Source: Ferroglobus placidus DSM 10642
GTDB lineage: Archaea > Halobacteriota > Archaeoglobi > Archaeoglobales > Archaeoglobaceae
Direction: 5' to 3'
Assembly (NCBI RefSeq): GCF_000025505.1
Contig: NC_013849.1
Span: 150,001 to 182,000 of the forward strand
DNA length: 32,000 bases
The position numbers and the translations under genes were made by a program. Shown here piece by piece: positions 15,447 through 25,053 of the stretch; within the stretch, counting starts at the first letter, position 1; every line of letters starts with the position of its first letter. The notes below the pieces were generated by a model. It was not told the DNA's origin. It worked only from the letters and a program-made list of their open reading frames with translations, and ran no database searches.

Positions 15447-16168
15447 TTTTCAACACACCCCTCATAGCCGAATTTTCTAACGTCCTCAAGAATTTCGTAG
15501 GGATCTCCTATGCAGGCGATCCTACCTCGATAAAGAATAGCCCCGTAATCGGCATCCACGTAATCGAGAATGTGACCCGTGTGAGTTATTATAATTCCAG
15601 CTTTCTCCCTCCTCTCTTTATCCCTCTCTAAGAGTTCCCTTATCGCTTTTCCGACGATTCCTATGTTCTCAAGATCTACGCCGCTGTCCGGCTCGTCGAG
15701 CATAACAAAGTCCGGATTCATAACCAATAACTGCAAAAGCTCGCTCCTCTTAATTTCCCCTCCGGAAAAACCTTTGTTTATCTCTCTTTCCAAGTGTTCC
15801 TCCATTTTCAGCTTTTTCGCGTACTCGTATATTTTCTCCTCTTCCGTCCCCCTTATTTCGGCTATCTTCCTAAGGAGATCTATCAGTTTAATTCCGGAAA
15901 TTGCCGGAGGAGATTGGAACGCTATTCCCAATCCGAGTTTTACCCTTTCGTCGGTTGGAATTCTCGTTATGTCGTGCTTTTTGAATATTATTCTTCCTTC
16001 GGCGATTTTATACTTCGGATTACCTATTATAGCGTTCATCAAAGTTGACTTTCCGCTTCCGTTCGGACCGAAAAGAGCTAAAGTTTCCCCTTCTCTAACG
16101 TAAAGGGAAACATTCGTTAAAACTCGTTTGCTGTCAACATCCACGGACAAATTCACGAGCCTTAACAT
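15407..16168 (-). CDS. sufC: Fe-S cluster assembly ATPase SufC
   Basis: The ORF has a Walker A motif (GPNGSGKST), an ABC signature (FSGGEIKRSELLQL), a Walker B motif (VMLDEPDSGVD) and an H-loop (ITHTGH). It overlaps the sufB/D start by 40 nt. Confidence 0.9.
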   Translation of the reverse strand: MLRLVNLSVDVDSKRVLTNVSLYVREGETLALFGPNGSGKSTLMNAIIGNPKYKIAEGRIIFKKHDITRIPTDERVKLGLGIAFQSPPAISGIKLIDLLRKIAEIRGTEEEKIYEYAKKLKMEEHLEREINKGFSGGEIKRSELLQLLVMNPDFVMLDEPDSGVDLENIGIVGKAIRELLERDKERREKAGIIITHTGHILDYVDADYGAILYRGRIACIGDPYEILEDVRKFGYEGCVEKCLTKYRNLNLKR

Positions 16169-16204
16169 CCATCAACACTCCGCTGAAAGATATATAGAGT
16201 TTGC

Positions 16205-16666
16205 TCAGAATTCAAGGAAACTAACATCACCGTCTTCGAAAATCGCGTAGCTTCTCTTCCCGCTCAGATAACCGCAAATCTCGCCGGGGTTTACCACCGT
16301 AGCTTTATTCTCTTTCCTTTTTTCAGCTTTGTGAGTGTGCCCTACGACTACCAGCTCGTATCTTTTGCTAAGCGCTCTAATTATTTCCTCGCTCGTGCCG
16401 TGGTAAACAACTCCGGAGGGAAATTCGACAACATCTCCTATCTTCCAGCCTCTTTCCAAAGCAATCTGAAGGAGTTTTTCTCTATCTCCATCGTTGTTTC
16501 CGAATGCTATGTGCATTTTCTCGAATTCGAAAGACCTGAGACTGAAAGGAGATATGACATCTCCAGCGTGTACGACGAAATCGAACTTCTCCTTCTTTAC
16601 CTCTTCCTGCAAATCCCTTATCGCAGCCACGTTGTCGTGACTGTCTGATATCAGCAAAATTCTCAT
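16205..16666 (-). CDS. YfcE/MJ0936-family metallophosphoesterase
   Basis: The ORF has the calcineurin-like phosphoesterase motifs MRILLISDSHDN, HAGDV, FGNNDGD and VVGHTH. Confidence 0.85.
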   Translation of the reverse strand: MRILLISDSHDNVAAIRDLQEEVKKEKFDFVVHAGDVISPFSLRSFEFEKMHIAFGNNDGDREKLLQIALERGWKIGDVVEFPSGVVYHGTSEEIIRALSKRYELVVVGHTHKAEKRKENKATVVNPGEICGYLSGKRSYAIFEDGDVSFLEF

Positions 16667-16693
16667 GGAAGTTAGTTGGGAGTCGTCGTTTAT

Positions 16694-17371
16694 TTATTTT
16701 CTGATTATTTCAGCTCCGTCTCTCCTTCCGACTATCACCAAATCCACCATTTCCGAGGGAAAAACGCCGTGCTCAATAATCCCTGGAACTCTGAAATCTC
16801 TCTCTATTTTCTCAACATCTACTTCCTTCGCCTCCACATCAGCTATGTAGTTCCCGTTATCTGAAATGACCGGTCCGAGCTTCCTTACGCTCGTTCTGAG
16901 GTTGCAGTTGTAACCAAGCTCCTTCAACCTTCTTTCCACGAATCCGTAAGCGAAAGGCAGAATTTCGACGGGAATTGCCATGTTTAACCTCTCCACAAGC
17001 TTGCTCTCATCGACTACTACGTAAAACTTCTTGGAAGCTTCGGCAACTATTTTTTCCCTCGTTAAAGCCCCACCACCACCTTTGATCAGGTTAAGTTTGC
17101 GATCAACCTGATCCGCTCCGTCTACGCAAAGATCCGGCTCTGGATGCTCGAGGAGAGAAGATACTTTCAACCCGTTTTTTACAGCCAGTATTTCGGTGTC
17201 GTAGGAAGTTGGAATTACTTCGACTTTCAACCTCTCTTTTCTAACGAGCTCACCAAGCTTTTCTACAAATATTCTTACCGTGCTTCCGCTTCCAAGTCCG
17301 AGAATCATTCCGTTTTCAACGAACTCCAGAGCTTTCTCAGCCGCTATCTCTTTCACCGTACCACCTCTCAA
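16694..17371 (-). CDS. rpiA: Ribose 5-phosphate isomerase A
   Basis: The ORF contains the RpiA motifs GLGSGSTV, VDGADQVD and KGGGGALTREKIV. The start may be the GTG at 17356, and the gene overlaps the 3' end of surE. Confidence 0.9.
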   Translation of the reverse strand: MRGGTVKEIAAEKALEFVENGMILGLGSGSTVRIFVEKLGELVRKERLKVEVIPTSYDTEILAVKNGLKVSSLLEHPEPDLCVDGADQVDRKLNLIKGGGGALTREKIVAEASKKFYVVVDESKLVERLNMAIPVEILPFAYGFVERRLKELGYNCNLRTSVRKLGPVISDNGNYIADVEAKEVDVEKIERDFRVPGIIEHGVFPSEMVDLVIVGRRDGAEIIRK

Positions 17372-18125
17372 GAATTTTAAAGTCTATTCTGGCAGTAGAG
17401 TCCAGCGTGAGGGGAGTTATTGAGACGTAACCCTTTCTCACCGCCCATATATCTGTTCCTTCCTCAGCTTCTTCCACTTCCTTGCCGTCTATCCAGTAGT
17501 ACTTCCTTCCCCTTGGATCAAACCTTACATCTATCCTCGTCTTGTACATTCTTCTCGCCAACCTCGTAAAGACGACTTTCCCGTTCCAGTTCTGAGGGAC
17601 GTTCACATTAAGCAAATCAACTCCTTCCGGCAAACCCTTTCTCAGAACTTTTTCGGCAAGCGACCTCAAAATTTTCTTCGCGTTTTCGAAATCGTACTCT
17701 TTGAAAACGAACTCAAATTTGTCTTTATCGTGAGCTTCGACGCTTACTGCAATTGCTTTACACCCCTGCGTTGCCGCTTCCAGAGCTGCTCCTATCGTGC
17801 CGGAAGTCGTTACAGCTTCGGTAGACAGATTTTCTCCAAGGTTTATCCCTGAGACAACCAAATCTGGCAGCTCACCTATAATTTCGTAGATCCCTATGAT
17901 GACAGAATCAGTAGGAGTACCATCAACAGCGTAAATCTTAATTCCGTTGAACCTGACTTCCCCAACTCTTATCGGCTCCATTATCGAAATACTTCTGCCA
18001 ACACCACTCTTCTGGGTTGCCGGAGCTACGACGAAAACTTCCCCCAACTCAGACAAAGCTTCGTAGCAAGCTTTCAGTCCGGATGAGTAAAGCCCGTCAT
18101 CGTTGGTTATCAGGATCTTTTTCAT
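17337..18125 (-). CDS. surE: 5'/3'-nucleotidase SurE
   Basis: The ORF begins MKKILITNDDG and carries SGINLGENL and further SurE-typical blocks. Confidence 0.9.
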   Translation of the reverse strand: MKKILITNDDGLYSSGLKACYEALSELGEVFVVAPATQKSGVGRSISIMEPIRVGEVRFNGIKIYAVDGTPTDSVIIGIYEIIGELPDLVVSGINLGENLSTEAVTTSGTIGAALEAATQGCKAIAVSVEAHDKDKFEFVFKEYDFENAKKILRSLAEKVLRKGLPEGVDLLNVNVPQNWNGKVVFTRLARRMYKTRIDVRFDPRGRKYYWIDGKEVEEAEEGTDIWAVRKGYVSITPLTLDSTARIDFKILERWYGERDSG

Positions 18126-18198
18126 CGAGCTAATTTTTTCGTCTCTTCATGTAAACTTTGCCATAAAGTTTATTGAGAATTCAAGAGAAATAAAATGG

Positions 18199-19209
18199 AT
18201 GATAGTCGAATCGTACCTTTACGAGAAGCTCAACGGCAAAGTTAGGTGCAAAACCTGCATGCACTACTGCGTTCTTTCCGAAGACAAGTGGGGGATTTGC
18301 AGAGTGAGGAAGAACGAAAACGGAAAGCTCATGGTTTACAATTACGGAATGGTTTCCTCAATAGCTGTAGACCCGATAGAGAAGAAGCCCTTCCACCATT
18401 TCATGCCGGGAAGCAGAGTTCTCTCTTTTGGAGGAGTAAGCTGCAACTTCCGCTGCGCCCACTGCCAGAATTACGAGATCAGCTTCGCCGATTTAACGTT
18501 CCCGTATTTAAGGGAGCTAACTCCCGAAGACGTTCTGGAGATGCTGAAAGAAAGAAATGCTGACGGCGTCGCTTGGACTTACAACGAGCCGAGCATATGG
18601 CACGAGTTTGCTTACGATAGCAACAAGCTTGTGAAAGAGGAGGGATACTATACTACTTACGTAACAAACGGTTACCTGAGCTTCGAAGCTATAGACGAGA
18701 TATCAAAGTACCTCGACGCGGCAAACGTTGACGTCAAAGCTTTCAACGAGGAATTTTACAGAAAAATTTGCAAAGCCAAGCTCGAAAAAGTTCTCGAAGC
18801 CGTCGAATATCTGTACAAAAAGGGTGTGTTCATCGAAATCACTTATCTCGTCATTCCAGATCTAAACGATAAAAGAGAAGAGATAAAAAGCTTTGCCGAG
18901 TGGGTGGCTGGAATAGACAAAAGAATTCCCGTCCACTTCTCAAGATTCCATCCGGACTTTCAAATGCTCGACAAAAACCCAACTCCAATAAAAACCCTTG
19001 AGATGGCTGTTGAGATAGCTAAGGAGTATCTCGACTACGTTTATATCGGCAACGTTTGGGGGCATAAGTATGAGGATACGTTCTGCCCCAACTGCGGCTA
19101 CTTGCTGATAGACCGACACGGCTTTTACATCGTGAAAAATAATTTAAAAGGTGACAGATGTCCGAACTGTGGAGAAAAACAGAACTTCGTTCTGGAGGTG
19201 AAAAAGTGA
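18199..19209 (+). CDS. amrS: AmmeMemoRadiSam system radical SAM enzyme
   Basis: The ORF has an N-terminal Cys cluster (CKTCMHYCVLSEDKWGIC), DPIEKKPFHHF, a radical SAM CNFRCAHCQN (CxxxCxxC) motif, and a C-terminal CPNCG...CPNCG pair. I chose the start at the ATG at 18199 (MIVESYLYE). Confidence 0.8.
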   Translation: MIVESYLYEKLNGKVRCKTCMHYCVLSEDKWGICRVRKNENGKLMVYNYGMVSSIAVDPIEKKPFHHFMPGSRVLSFGGVSCNFRCAHCQNYEISFADLTFPYLRELTPEDVLEMLKERNADGVAWTYNEPSIWHEFAYDSNKLVKEEGYYTTYVTNGYLSFEAIDEISKYLDAANVDVKAFNEEFYRKICKAKLEKVLEAVEYLYKKGVFIEITYLVIPDLNDKREEIKSFAEWVAGIDKRIPVHFSRFHPDFQMLDKNPTPIKTLEMAVEIAKEYLDYVYIGNVWGHKYEDTFCPNCGYLLIDRHGFYIVKNNLKGDRCPNCGEKQNFVLEVKK

Positions 19210-19583
19210 TTAGAACACACAAGCTCGCTTCCAAAGAGTGGGTTGGGGAAGCCGTAGAAATAAAGGACGGATTTGCGAAGGTTAGATTAAAAACGAGGGA
19301 GGAAATGAAGGTCGACGAGTACGGATTGGTTCACGGCGGATTCACCTTCGGCGTTGCGGATCTGGCAGCGATGCTTGCGGTTAATGAAGAGACTGTCGTT
19401 TTATACAAAGCTGAAGTTAAGTTCACGGCACCGGTTAAAGTCGGAGAGGAGATAATCGCCACAGCCAAAGTCGTGGAGGTTAACGGAAGAAAGAGGAAGG
19501 TTGAAGTTGAAGCTTGGACGGACAAAAAAGTTTTGGAGGGAATTATGTACTGCTACGTCCCCGAAAAGCACGTTTTAAGCTAA
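19206..19583 (+). CDS. Hotdog-fold thioesterase (PaaI-like)
   Basis: [20 protein letters not shown] is followed by a long beta-sheet region. A GTG start at 19206 overlaps the amrS stop codon (GTGA). The ORF-track start at 19158 would lie within amrS. Confidence 0.65.
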   Translation: MIRTHKLASKEWVGEAVEIKDGFAKVRLKTREEMKVDEYGLVHGGFTFGVADLAAMLAVNEETVVLYKAEVKFTAPVKVGEEIIATAKVVEVNGRKRKVEVEAWTDKKVLEGIMYCYVPEKHVLS

Positions 19584-20767
19584 TCTTCCAGCTTCTTTCT
19601 AATCTCCTGATAAATCCTCGCCTGGAGTCCGTGGAACCTCGAAAATCCTTCAGCCAACCTCTGATCTATCGCCAAGGAATCGAAGGACGTTAGTTCCTCT
19701 TTGTACAAAGCGTAATCCGAGTATCTCGCTACCGGAGAGCAACTTCCCTTGAATAGCTTCACCTTAACCCATCCAGTAACTCTCTCCTGAGTTTTGTCGA
19801 TGAAGGCGTTCAAAGCTTCAAACAGCGGCTCGTTTACCAAACCCTGATAAACGAGTTCAGCCCACTCTTCTTCGACGAATTTTTTGAATTTCAGCTCCCT
19901 CCTCGTTAACACGAGCTTTTCAAGATCTCTGTGAGCCGTTATCAAAATCGTGGCAGCAGGATGCTCGTAGTTTTCCCTCGCTTTTAGTCCGAGAACTCTG
20001 TCCTCCATCATGTCAACTCTACCCACTCCGTGAATGCCTCCTATTTCGTTCAGATACTTTATCAGCTCTATTCCGTCCATTCTCTCCCCGTTAACAGCCA
20101 CGGGGATTCCCTTTTCGAACTCTATTGTGAGAATTTCCGGAACATCTGGAGCTTCTTCAGCCGAGTTCGTCCACTCGTAAATATCCTCTGGAGGTATGTA
20201 CGAAGGGTCTTCGAGCTTTCCTCCCTCTATACTCCTGCTCCAAAGATTTTCGTCTATGCTCCATGGTTTATCCTTGGTTACGGGAATGTCTATTCCGTGC
20301 TTTTTAGCGTACTCTATTTCCCACTCCCTCGTGAGATTCAGCTCCCTCATTGGAGCCACAACTTTAAACCCGTGCTGGAAAAAGATGTTATCAAACCTAA
20401 GCTGATCGTTTCCTTTTCCGGTTGCCCCGTGAGCGATTGCATCAGCGTTCTCCTTTTTTGCAATCTCAACAACTTTTTCGGCAATTATCGGTCTCGCCAA
20501 AGCCGTTCCAAGGACGTAACCTTCGTATTCTCCGTTTGCTTTTATCAATTGAAATAGAGCCTTAACAAAATCCTCTTTGGCGTCGACGGTGTAATGCTTG
20601 TCAGCGTATTTTTTTCCTCTCTCCTCAGCTTTTTTTAACTCCTCTTCAGGCTGTCCTATATCGACAGTTACCGTCACAACTTCTTCAAATCCGTATTTCT
20701 CCCTAAGCAGAGGAATGCAGACCGTCGTATCTAATCCGCCAGAGTAACATAAAACTACCTTCGACAT
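19580..20767 (-). CDS. argG: Argininosuccinate synthase
   Basis: The ORF has the ArgG motifs [26 protein letters not shown] and [15 protein letters not shown]. Confidence 0.95.
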   Translation of the reverse strand: MSKVVLCYSGGLDTTVCIPLLREKYGFEEVVTVTVDIGQPEEELKKAEERGKKYADKHYTVDAKEDFVKALFQLIKANGEYEGYVLGTALARPIIAEKVVEIAKKENADAIAHGATGKGNDQLRFDNIFFQHGFKVVAPMRELNLTREWEIEYAKKHGIDIPVTKDKPWSIDENLWSRSIEGGKLEDPSYIPPEDIYEWTNSAEEAPDVPEILTIEFEKGIPVAVNGERMDGIELIKYLNEIGGIHGVGRVDMMEDRVLGLKARENYEHPAATILITAHRDLEKLVLTRRELKFKKFVEEEWAELVYQGLVNEPLFEALNAFIDKTQERVTGWVKVKLFKGSCSPVARYSDYALYKEELTSFDSLAIDQRLAEGFSRFHGLQARIYQEIRKKLED

Positions 20768-20961
20768 AGAGAAAATCTTCGGGAGGTTTATTTAAAAAAG
20801 TTGTTACTTCCACGCTCGTTAGAACTTTGCAATTCTTGCGTTAATCTCAGTAATTTTAATCGGAATCGCAGCATGGATAGAAGCGAACGTAACCCTTAAA
20901 ATTGCCAAAGTTACGCTAAATTCAACAAAAGGTATTTGAAGATTTAAGGTGATTTAAAATT

Positions 20962-21177
20962 ATGGCAAAGGTTATCGAAGCTGTATACGAAGATGGTGTA
21001 TTCAAACCTCTTGAAAAGGTGGATTTGCCTGAAAAAACAAAGCTGAGAATTAGGATTGAGGCTGTAAAACCATCTGGTATACTGGATATAGCTAAAGAAT
21101 TCAGAAAGAAGATAAATTTGGAGAAGATAAAGGAGGATCCGCTTCAGGTTTTACTTGAAATGAGAGATAGGGCATGA
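20962..21177 (+). CDS. vapB: DUF104 (AF2212-like) antitoxin
   Basis: The N-terminus IEAVYEDGVFKPLEKVDLPEKTKLRIRIE is the hallmark of the family. Its stop overlaps the start of the PIN gene (ATGA at 21174-21177). Confidence 0.8.
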   Translation: MAKVIEAVYEDGVFKPLEKVDLPEKTKLRIRIEAVKPSGILDIAKEFRKKINLEKIKEDPLQVLLEMRDRA

Positions 21178-21605
21178 TAGTTGTAGATACTTCGGTTTGG
21201 GTGGATTTATTCATCCCAAAAAACAAGGTAAGAAGTGATTTGGCTGAAAAAGCTTTTGAGGTTATTGAAGAGAAGGGAATAGAGATTTATGCACCTAAAT
21301 TATTCGTTATTGAGTTCATCAGCATGATGAAGAGGTTGGCAGGAAACATGATACCTACGAACGTTTTCGACAAGATTAATCTGCTGGATGAGGCAGTTAT
21401 ATTCGAAACGGCAAAAGATGTGGCCTTGAAAGCCCATCCAAGAGCCGCAGATGCTTACTTCATAGCAACAGCCAAAATAACAAACTCAATTCTGATAACG
21501 AATGACAGAGTTATGGCAAACAACGCCAAAAATTACGGAATCGAGGCTTATCATTTGATCGAAGAGTTTGATAATGCAGTAGAACGGTTAAAGAAGATAA
21601 GTTGA
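21174..21605 (+). CDS. vapC: PIN-domain ribonuclease toxin VapC
   Basis: MIVVDTSVWVDLF carries the first acidic residue. Further conserved acidic positions (E in VIEF, D in TNDR) and the size of 143 aa fit a PIN domain. Confidence 0.8.
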   Translation: MIVVDTSVWVDLFIPKNKVRSDLAEKAFEVIEEKGIEIYAPKLFVIEFISMMKRLAGNMIPTNVFDKINLLDEAVIFETAKDVALKAHPRAADAYFIATAKITNSILITNDRVMANNAKNYGIEAYHLIEEFDNAVERLKKIS

Positions 21606-21606
21606 A

Positions 21607-22254
21607 TTATAACAGCTTTAAAATCGACCAAACCTGATAGATTCCGAACAGCGTTGTTGGAATCAAAGCCGTGATGAACGCTTTTCTGAACTCGATCTCC
21701 CTCGCATGTTTAATTGCGAAGCTCCATATAACCAAGCTCCATACGGTTACCGCCAAACTTATAACAACATTTGAGTAGACGAGTTCTCTCGGTATAACAC
21801 CCATTAAAACTTCACCCAGCAGTTCTGGATTCGTCTGAATGTCGGAAACGCTTATCTTCGGAACTTCGGCACTCATAACGTAATACGCTGAGAAGGGGAC
21901 CGTTATTGCGGAGCCGATTAAAGAAGGTAAGAATCCGTAACCAGTGAATTCGAAAGTTCTCCTGAAGCTTCCCTCCCCGCCGAAGAGAGCAGATATTGCA
22001 TGCATTAGCAGCGCAATTACGAACCACACCGCAAACATTCCGATAAAAGATCCGATCATGCCGACGTAGGCTCCAACGACAAAGAACTTCGCTATGTCCT
22101 CTGGAAAAGCTTGAGACATTTTAGTTATTAATAGATACTGGTACAATGACGTCAGAGTTGCTAAAAGAGCCACAATAATCAACGGATATCTCAGCTGCAC
22201 ACTTTTATACTTTAAATCATCGAAAAACTTATTTGGATTCGTTAGCAGTTTCAT
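21607..22254 (-). CDS. Yip1-domain integral membrane protein
   Basis: 215-aa ORF with about 5 TM helices. The N-terminal FFDDLK... and the central LFGGEGSFRRTFEFTGYGFLPSLIG resemble Yip1/YIF1-type bacterial and archaeal proteins. Confidence 0.6.
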   Translation of the reverse strand: MKLLTNPNKFFDDLKYKSVQLRYPLIIVALLATLTSLYQYLLITKMSQAFPEDIAKFFVVGAYVGMIGSFIGMFAVWFVIALLMHAISALFGGEGSFRRTFEFTGYGFLPSLIGSAITVPFSAYYVMSAEVPKISVSDIQTNPELLGEVLMGVIPRELVYSNVVISLAVTVWSLVIWSFAIKHAREIEFRKAFITALIPTTLFGIYQVWSILKLL

Positions 22255-22410
22255 GAGTTAGGCGAAAAATTAGCGGTATATTAAACTTTTTATTTCCAAA
22301 AAGTTTGAAATTTTCGGACTATTACAAAATCTTTGGAAGAGTCCAACGCTATTGAACCGCGATAAAATGGTAAAATATAAATTCTGAATGTAGCGGTCGA
22401 AGTTAAAAAT

Positions 22411-23169
22411 ATGAACATGCGATGTTTCAAAATTTTGGATATCGCAATTAACGAAAAAACGATTAATATTCTTGAAGCTGTCGAAAAAAATGATTTTTCT
22501 TCCGTAAAGAAAAAGTATCCAAAATCTACGCTTTACCACCTAATTTCGAAGCTGAAATCGGAAAATTTAATCGAAAAAAGAGACGACGAGTATTGCTTAA
22601 CCCACAGGGGAAGCGTTTACTTAAAAATGTTGAGAAAGTTTGGCAGATGTATGGAAAAGTTTCAGGAAATTTCAAAGATGTTTCCCGAACATGTTGTAGA
22701 ATTTCCAGAAGAATTCGTTATGAGGTTGGACGAACTTGAATGTCTTGAAGTTATTTCAGCCGATAAAACGAACGTTCTGAGACCCTTAAGAGTTCTGACG
22801 AATCTGATAACTCAATCAAAGGAAATACGAGCAGTAAGCCCAATGTTCTATCCAGACTATCCAAGTGTATTCGAAAAGATCGTAGAAAAAATGAAAGGTA
22901 TCGAGTTGGTAGTGTCCGAGAATGTCTGGAAGCTTATTGAAATTTACGACCATACAGAAGATTTCTCGGAAAAGTTCAGCGTTTATGTAGTTAATGAGCA
23001 ACCGGAATTAGCCGTAACAGTCTCCGACGTCTTTCTTTCTATGAACTTTTACAGAAGCTCTGGAGATTTAGATTTTCTGAGAACACTAATTTCTAAAAAC
23101 GAAAGAGCCCTGAAATTTGGAAGCGATCTTTTTGAATTTTATAGAGAGCAAGCTGAAAAAGTATTATAA
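22411..23169 (+). CDS. wHTH transcriptional regulator with a DUF1724 (FilR1-like) C-terminal domain
   Basis: An N-terminal wHTH (KSTLYHLISKLKSENLIEKRDDEYCLT.RG) is followed by a domain of about 170 aa (FPEEF...EIRAVSPMFYPDY...ELAVTVSDVFLSMNFY) shaped like archaeal DUF1724 regulators. Confidence 0.6.
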   Translation: MNMRCFKILDIAINEKTINILEAVEKNDFSSVKKKYPKSTLYHLISKLKSENLIEKRDDEYCLTHRGSVYLKMLRKFGRCMEKFQEISKMFPEHVVEFPEEFVMRLDELECLEVISADKTNVLRPLRVLTNLITQSKEIRAVSPMFYPDYPSVFEKIVEKMKGIELVVSENVWKLIEIYDHTEDFSEKFSVYVVNEQPELAVTVSDVFLSMNFYRSSGDLDFLRTLISKNERALKFGSDLFEFYREQAEKVL

Positions 23170-23173
23170 AAAG

Positions 23174-25018
23174 CTACTCCGCACTTAGATAATTTTCCGC
23201 GAGAACTCCGCCGTATCCTACGTAAAAAATCCTGTCTGGAGAGAGAGCCGAAATAACTTCTTTTCTGTGGGTAACAGCTATGAGCGTAATTCCAGCTTTT
23301 CTAACGACTTCTGCAAGCTTTCTTGCAACCCTCATAGCCGTAACTTCATCAAGATGAGCGGCAAACTCGTCTATCAGCAGTAAACTCGGTTTCTCAGCTA
23401 AACATAAAGCGAGCTTAAACCTCTCCTTTTGTCCGGTGGAAAGCTCTTTGTACCTCGCTCTGTAGAGAACGGCATCGCTTATTCCGCAAACGTTTAGAAT
23501 CTCTACCGCCAGATATATGTCACCGCAGACTTTGTAAATCTGCTCTATCACGCTTTCTTCACTTATTTCAGGTTCAACATCCCCGGGGATTATTGCGGAA
23601 ATTTTTTCAGCTTCAACCTCAACATTCCCGGAAGTTGGCTTTTCAATTCCGAGGATAAGCTTCAAGAGTGTCGTTTTGCCCGCTCCGCTCGCTCCAACAA
23701 CAGCTATTATTTCTCCCGGCTTAACTTCGAAGTTTACGTCCCTGAAAATGTACCTCTCAACGATTCTCTGCTTCACTCCAAAGGATTTAAGAACGAATTG
23801 AACTTCTTCTGAAACCCTCAATAGGTCGAGAGTCGTGGAAAAAACTTTCGAAACGTTTTCGAATTTAAGTTTCTCAATAGGAGTCACAGTACCGTATCTC
23901 GGCAAGCACAATTTTCCTCCGTGCTTTTTAGCTTCCTCGTCGCTTTTGAGGAACTCTTCAATGTATTTTTTCGCTTCTTCTGTTAGAGGTTTGTAAAGAA
24001 CAGGTTTTCCGCTCGCAGTTTCCCAAAGATAGTAGAAGCCAGCCTTTTCGAAGAACGGATTAAATCTCGCCATCTGAGCTATAGTTTCAACCAAATGCTT
24101 TCTCATTCTCATTTCCGGCACTCTTCTCTCGGCAATCCACTCCACCGCAACTTCAACAGCCAACTTACCTATTCCGTCGGCTCTATAGTCTGGATGGACA
24201 ACAACTCTCGCTATTCTTGAAACTGCAGAATTGCACTCTTTCATAGCTTTCTTACTCGCCACTTCCCAAAGCTTGTGTCTCGCAATTTTTAGGCTATGCT
24301 TCGACTTTAACTCGGAAAAAATCTCTTTCATTTCTTCCTCCGGAGAAAATACCTTTTCAAACCATTCCTTCGGGAAGACCCTTTCTCTGATGTTTCTTAC
24401 TATCTCATCTCCAAGCTTCCGGTGCATTAGAGGGACTGGTGGATCAACTCTAACGTATGCGATTATTTCAGGTTCGTAAGGCTGCCTATCCTTAAGCTCA
24501 AAGACGAGGAAGCGAGAAGCCGGAGTCGAACCCTTTATCTCGACTATGTGCATCTCTCCTCCGCAATCGCACCTAACCTTGATGTTAGATTCGATAAGCT
24601 TTCCGCAGTTTTCGCACTTCCACAAAGCAACCTTGCTTTTTTGACTTGCGTAATGGTACTGCTCCAACTCAGCTATAGCTTCAAAATCCTTTTCGTAAAC
24701 AGCTTCTCTTGCGAGAATTTTGTAGGAGTACACATTCCTCCCAAAACTCGTTCTATTCAGAGTTATCTCTTTTTTGAAAAAACTCCAAGCTTTAACCTTC
24801 TCTCCCTCATAAATCCTGAAAAGATCGTAATCGTCAAAAAACAAAGTTTTCCTTCCAAGCACATCTTTCGGCTTAGCTTTCGGAACCACTTCGACTTCGT
24901 CTCCTTCAAAAAACCAAGAAGCAACACTACCGCTTGTGTACAAAACAAGATCGTTCTCAAGTTCTATCGTACCAAACCATTTTCTGTGAACGTTGCTTTT
25001 TACGACTCTGGTAATCAT
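23174..25018 (-). CDS. GNAT acetyltransferase-like domain (with an inserted zinc ribbon) fused to a C-terminal ABC-type ATPase (COG2401-like architecture)
   Basis: The middle region RIARVVVHPDYRADGIGKLAVE is like GNAT motif A, and it follows CENCGK...CDCGG. The C-terminus has a Walker A motif (GASGAGKTTLLK), an ABC signature (LSTGQKERFKLA), a Walker B motif (LLLIDEFAAHLD) and an H-loop (AVTH). No transmembrane domain is present. Confidence 0.75.
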   Translation of the reverse strand: MITRVVKSNVHRKWFGTIELENDLVLYTSGSVASWFFEGDEVEVVPKAKPKDVLGRKTLFFDDYDLFRIYEGEKVKAWSFFKKEITLNRTSFGRNVYSYKILAREAVYEKDFEAIAELEQYHYASQKSKVALWKCENCGKLIESNIKVRCDCGGEMHIVEIKGSTPASRFLVFELKDRQPYEPEIIAYVRVDPPVPLMHRKLGDEIVRNIRERVFPKEWFEKVFSPEEEMKEIFSELKSKHSLKIARHKLWEVASKKAMKECNSAVSRIARVVVHPDYRADGIGKLAVEVAVEWIAERRVPEMRMRKHLVETIAQMARFNPFFEKAGFYYLWETASGKPVLYKPLTEEAKKYIEEFLKSDEEAKKHGGKLCLPRYGTVTPIEKLKFENVSKVFSTTLDLLRVSEEVQFVLKSFGVKQRIVERYIFRDVNFEVKPGEIIAVVGASGAGKTTLLKLILGIEKPTSGNVEVEAEKISAIIPGDVEPEISEESVIEQIYKVCGDIYLAVEILNVCGISDAVLYRARYKELSTGQKERFKLALCLAEKPSLLLIDEFAAHLDEVTAMRVARKLAEVVRKAGITLIAVTHRKEVISALSPDRIFYVGYGGVLAENYLSAE

Positions 25019-25053
25019 AAAAAAATTAAAGTCAGAGAAAATAAATCGTTTTC
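25019..25053. promoter_or_regulatory. 35-bp bidirectional promoter spacer with two back-to-back A/T boxes
   Basis: The whole spacer is AAAAAAATTAAAGTCAGAGAAAATAAATCGTTTTC. One A/T box (about 25023-25031) is centred about 27 nt upstream of the GTG at 25054. A second (about 25039-25046) is centred about 25 nt upstream of the minus-strand ATG at 25018. This spacing implies leaderless transcripts on both sides. Confidence 0.5.

Noticed and set aside
20768-20961. 194-bp intergenic gap between argG and vapB, examined for small ORFs or structured RNA.
   Set aside because: It contains only a TATA-like box for argG and a Shine-Dalgarno sequence for vapB. The sole ATG ORF is 7 codons long, and I saw no convincing stem-loops.
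22270-22539. 89-aa minus-strand ORF in the Yip1 / DUF1724-regulator intergenic region.
   Set aside because: It lies in AT-rich promoter DNA, overlaps the 5' end of the regulator gene, and its translation is Phe/Ile/Asn-rich with no motif.
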